DNA of 64,000 nucleotides from Paraspadella gotoi (Eukaryota > Animalia > Chaetognatha). How positions within the stretch are numbered: position 1 is the stretch's first letter; the number at the start of each line of letters is the position of its first letter. A model generated the notes under the pieces. The model was given only the letters and a program-made list of their open reading frames with translations, was not told the origin of the DNA and searched no databases. This document shows positions 59,554-64,000 of the stretch, one piece after another. The position numbers and the translations under genes are program-made. The stretch is from assembly GCA_051294375.1 (NCBI GenBank), contig CM119268.1, positions 20,829,869 through 20,893,868 of the forward strand. Reading direction: 5' to 3'.

Positions 59554-60156
59554 AGAGAAATTTACAACAGCAGTCTTCATCGTATAAATCGTGGATAAAC
59601 AACAAACAAATAAGATGACGCGACGGCGAAATATTACAAGAAAATTGTGCTAAATTAGCCTCATTAAGTTAAGAAAATAATAACGACCAGAAAACCAGAA
59701 TTTAATTTCGTTGCCAAATAGGAAATTTGAAGACAGAAGTTGTTCTTTTTTTGAATAAAACACGGAACACAAATGAAAATAAATGAGAGATTAAAACGCT
59801 TAAATTTTGTGAAAAAATCTTTGAATTAAAATGTAGTTAGCATCAAAACTTTTTTACCGATCAACGTTTAGGATTAAGTTATTAATAGCTCGGTCTTCAA
59901 AGTTTTTCTTCAGCCATGTCAGTTTGACTGATTCGTGAAAAAGAAAAAAATAATTTCAAAACTCATTATTTAGTTAATTAATCAAATACACTTATATTTA
60001 AAAAAATAAATACTCGTTAAAAGTTGCATGATCTTGGGGCGAGATTGTTCTACCGCCCCAATCTTATTATCATCGTTGCTCTTTTGTTTAACAATCAGAA
60101 TTTTAGATGGAACAATTGCTCGATGTTGTCTTTGTCGCAAGTTTTTTCTTCCAATG

Positions 60157-60527
60157 TCAGCCGTTAGGACCTTCAAGAACCAACATCCGTAACAAAGGTT
60201 CAATGTCGACCTGGAGTCGAAAAAAGGAATTAAAACTTTAAATAATTCAAACTTTTTTAAAATGTTTTCATTTTCTAATTTTAAACGAAGTCATATAAAC
60301 GATAACTCAATTATAGTAAAAGAAGAGACTCGCTCTCAACATATTATCAAAGCAGTATCAACGATCAGCCACCGAAGCTCGAAATACAATTAACTGTTGT
60401 TCCCTGACCTGAATCCCATTACTGCACTGGTTAATGAGTTCCTCAGTGCGACTCTCCGGCAAATTCAGCTTGAAGACCGTGTTGTAGGCTTTGATCATCT
60501 TCCGCACGTCTATAAGGTTGAGGCAGC
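60157..60527 (-). CDS. Last two exons of a C1orf87-like EF-hand protein gene
   Basis: Exons 60409-60527 (ttcag|...|gtcagg) and 60157-60210 (tccag|...TGA) splice to GCLNLIDVRKMIKAYNTVFKLNLPESRTEELINQCSNGIQVDIEPLLRMLVLEGPNG*. This resembles, from memory, the C1orf87 C-terminus (..RRLIHNYNLIYNLSL....LEPALRYL). Upstream exons were not found. Confidence 0.6.
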
Positions 60528-61655
60528 CTGAAGATTGGGGCAGGGGGCAGAAGGGAAAGATGTGAGTGAGAAAGTATTTGTGAGATTTAGTGAGAAGCTC
60601 ACTCAGTCGGAACTACTAGAGAACTCTTCTGAGAAAGACAGACAGACAGACAGGCAAAAAAAATATATACAAAAAAAAAGAAAACAAATCAACGAAGACT
60701 TGAAAGGATTTTAGAGAAAAGGAGATACAACTCTCTTTCTCTAGAGACAGAAAACGGAGAGAAAGTATTCAAGGGGGAGAGAGAACTAACTCTCTCTCTC
60801 TCTCTCTCTCTCATCATCTCTCATCCATCTTCATCCAAATCTCTCTCGCTGCTCTCTTCTTCAATCATCATACGTCATAAATTATGAAGAAGATCACAAA
60901 TCTTTACAAACAAAAAATCATCATACCGCTACGCACCCTATTCATACACGCGTAAACCTTCAAACAACATCATAACGTTTCAATATATATTCATCATCTT
61001 CTCTCTAAACACAACCTCCCCAAATCACTCAACTCTTTCTCTCTCACATCTTCTCCTACTCATCTACTCTCTCTCTACTCTCCACATAAGTCATTATACA
61101 CAACCTCACACTTACAAAAAGAAATTCCCAGGGAAGGGAATGGAATGAGAAGGGAGAAAAGCGTGGAAAAGCGTAAAATCTCTAGAAGCGAAACCGAGTC
61201 TGCAATATTGGATATTGGAAAAATAAAAATAAAAAGAGAAATTAAGGATTAAATTAAGAGATTAAATTAACAAGAAAAACCGGGAGCAATGACCTAAAAA
61301 TGGAAAAATAAAAAAATAGAAGCGAAATAGAAAAAAATATAAAGCAAATTGAGAAATATTAACAAAATATGAAATATAAAGCAACGGAAAAAAGAGGGAG
61401 AAAGAAAAAAAGCGTTAGGGATGAACGAGAAAACAAAAGCGGGAATAAAGCGTAGAAAAGCAAAAACGCAAAAAACGGAAAAAGTAAAAGCTGAAATTAG
61501 CGAGACAAAAGCTTAAGAAAGCTAAAGCGGAAAAAAGCGGAAAAAAAGCGTAAGAAAGCAAAAGCTGGGTTTCCCTGGCGAGAGACGTCGAGTCGATTCC
61601 AGATAATTAATCTGGGAATTCTTGAATTTTACATCACAGAAAAGAATTAAAGGGG

Positions 61656-61775
<120 letters not shown>

Positions 61776-62179
61776 CTGACAGCATTCCTCACTAAATAAC
61801 GATCGGAAACTCAATAAAAGAAATAAAACCGAAACTTTATTTTCTTTTCTTTTCTTTTTTCTTCTCTTTTTTCTTCTTTTCTATTCTTTTCTTTTCTTTT
61901 CTTTTTTGCGTTAAATCCTTCGCGAGCCGATCACGCAAAGCCGGCGCTCTCTCTCGCGCTCGCTCACTCGCTCGCTCGCTTGCTCGCGGTCCCTCTCTCG
62001 GCTTCGCGACGAAAGTAAACAACGAAACTGAAAAATTCACAACAAAGACGCGGAAAGAAAAACAGATAGAGAAAGAGAAAGAGAAAGAAAGAAATAAAAA
62101 GAAAGAATAAAAAAACGAACACAAAAGAAAATATTGAATTTTTTTTTTTAATCGAAGAAAGCGGATATATCTCGTGGGG

Positions 62180-62261
<82 letters not shown>

Positions 62262-62589
62262 TATCGAATTAGGGAAGTGCGTTTGTACAGAACTGGGCTT
62301 TTATACAGATTTACAATTCATTTGCAATTAATTTAAATAAAAAAATCTTGGTCATGAAAAAAAAATTCGACATAGAATTTTTTAGGAGAAGTCGTCACTA
62401 AATTAAAAGTTAGTAAATAAAAACAATTATCGTTTTACTAGATGTAAATAATCGACGTATCTTGGCACATGAGCTTGGGCGATGCTTTGTTAAACGGAAA
62501 ATTAACAGACGAGTCAAATAAATTCAATACTCAATATTTTTTTCATCCCAAGAGTATTATCCCTGTGTTTTCAAGATCATGTCCATTTG

Positions 62590-62850
62590 ATTCAATGATT
62601 TAGTGATTTTATGATTCAGTTATTCAGTGATTTAGTGATTTGATGATTTATTGATTTAGTGATTTTATGATTCAGTTATTCAGTGATTTAGTGATTTATT
62701 GACTTAGTGATTTAGTGATTCAGTGATTTAATGATTTCGTGATTTAGTGATTTAGTGATTCAGTGAATTAGTGATTCAGTGATTTAGTGATTCAGTGATT
62801 TATTTATTTAGTCAGTTAGTGATTCAGTCATTTAGAGATTCAATGATTCA
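62590..62850 (+). repeat. 8-bp satellite
   Basis: gatttagt/gattcagt tandem units. Confidence 0.85.
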
Positions 62851-62965
62851 ATGATATCCAGACTTTTGGAGGTAATTTTTATCATCGGTCGTTGACCCCG
62901 ATTGGCCAACGTCCCCCCTTCCTTATTCCCATCTTCCCCCTCCCCCCCAAAAAAGTTTTCAATAA

Positions 62966-62998
<33 letters not shown>

Positions 62999-63245
62999 GG
63001 CCACCCTACCGACTGACCCGGAAAAATGCCGGAAAAAAATTGAACAATCGACCAGAAAAGAAAAAACGGAGGAAAGGAAAGAAAGAAAAGAAAAAAGGAG
63101 GAAAGAAAGAAAAGAAAAAAGGAGGAAAAAAGGAAAGAAAAACAGGAAAAAAATGCATTGACTGCAAAAGAGGCGAATATTGACAAGAAGGCAGAATATG
63201 AACGGGGCTTTATGGCAAGGAAGAGAAAGCAATAAAGAGCGCGGC

Positions 63246-63375
<130 letters not shown>

Positions 63376-64000
63376 GTGAATTTTGATTAGGATCCCGTTC
63401 GAGACTTGAAATGCGAACCGTAATCTGGGTAATGATTAAACTCGAGAAAGAAATGCGCTACGAAACGAGATGAGAAGAAGTGATTGGAGAGTGGAAAAGA
63501 AAGCTTGGTGATTGTTGTTTTGGCCTTGAAACTTGGTGATTGGTGATTGTGGGTTTGGGTATGAAGTTTTGAATTAGTGGGTTTAGGTTGTAAGCTTAAT
63601 GATTGGGCAAGTAAGAGATATTTCCCGCTTAGTTTAATTGACCTTTTAAAGACTCGAAAACATGTAATCCGTTATTATTAAAAATCTGGCATAGGGCGTC
63701 ATTTTATAAATATTTTTGTAGGTTGTATATTTTAGGCCGATGATATTGTGCTGTCATCACCCACTTTGGAGGCATGCAAAAAATAATAAATATTGGTGTA
63801 GAATATAAAAAAAATTGTTTTTTCTTTTAATTTAAAAAAAAAACTAAATATATGATTTTTGGAAAAAATGACTATGGCATTGGGTCTGGACAACGTGGAC
63901 CGCGTAGAAATATTTGGGATTTAATTTAAAATCAGAAATCAATTTTGAATTTGATGCAACTCCAGAATTAATGTTCTTTTACAAGTCCTCAAATTGTTTT

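Overview
Eukaryotic (most likely invertebrate animal) genomic DNA from a draft assembly. It is microsatellite-rich ((AG)n, (GAC)n, (TTTC)n, (TAGA)n) and has spliceosomal introns, so most ORFs in the ORF track are repeat artefacts. Manual splicing gives five genes or gene ends: (1) the last exon of a pancreatic-lipase-family gene (107-284, +); (2) a complete 13-exon tandem paralogue (5854-15743, +, ~540 aa, GHSLG/Asp/His triad, full lid, PLAT-like tail); (3) a convergent 11-exon DUF21/CBS (CNNM/Mam3-type) metal transporter (16516-21255, -, ~641 aa) with a probable GC-AG intron and an 8-Cys string in its tail; (4) a 5-exon secreted, Cys-free, granin/prohormone-like protein I do not recognise (57455-58675, -, 307 aa); (5) the 3' end of a C1orf87-like EF-hand gene (60157-60527, -). 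The middle (~25-54 kb) looks like unpolished long-read gap fill: 25-N gaps and indel-riddled duplicates, including a noisy copy of gene 4. It also holds a decayed ~8.6 kb BEL/Pao insertion, with both the filled and the empty site present. All calls come from reading the sequence and remembered family motifs; no searches were run.
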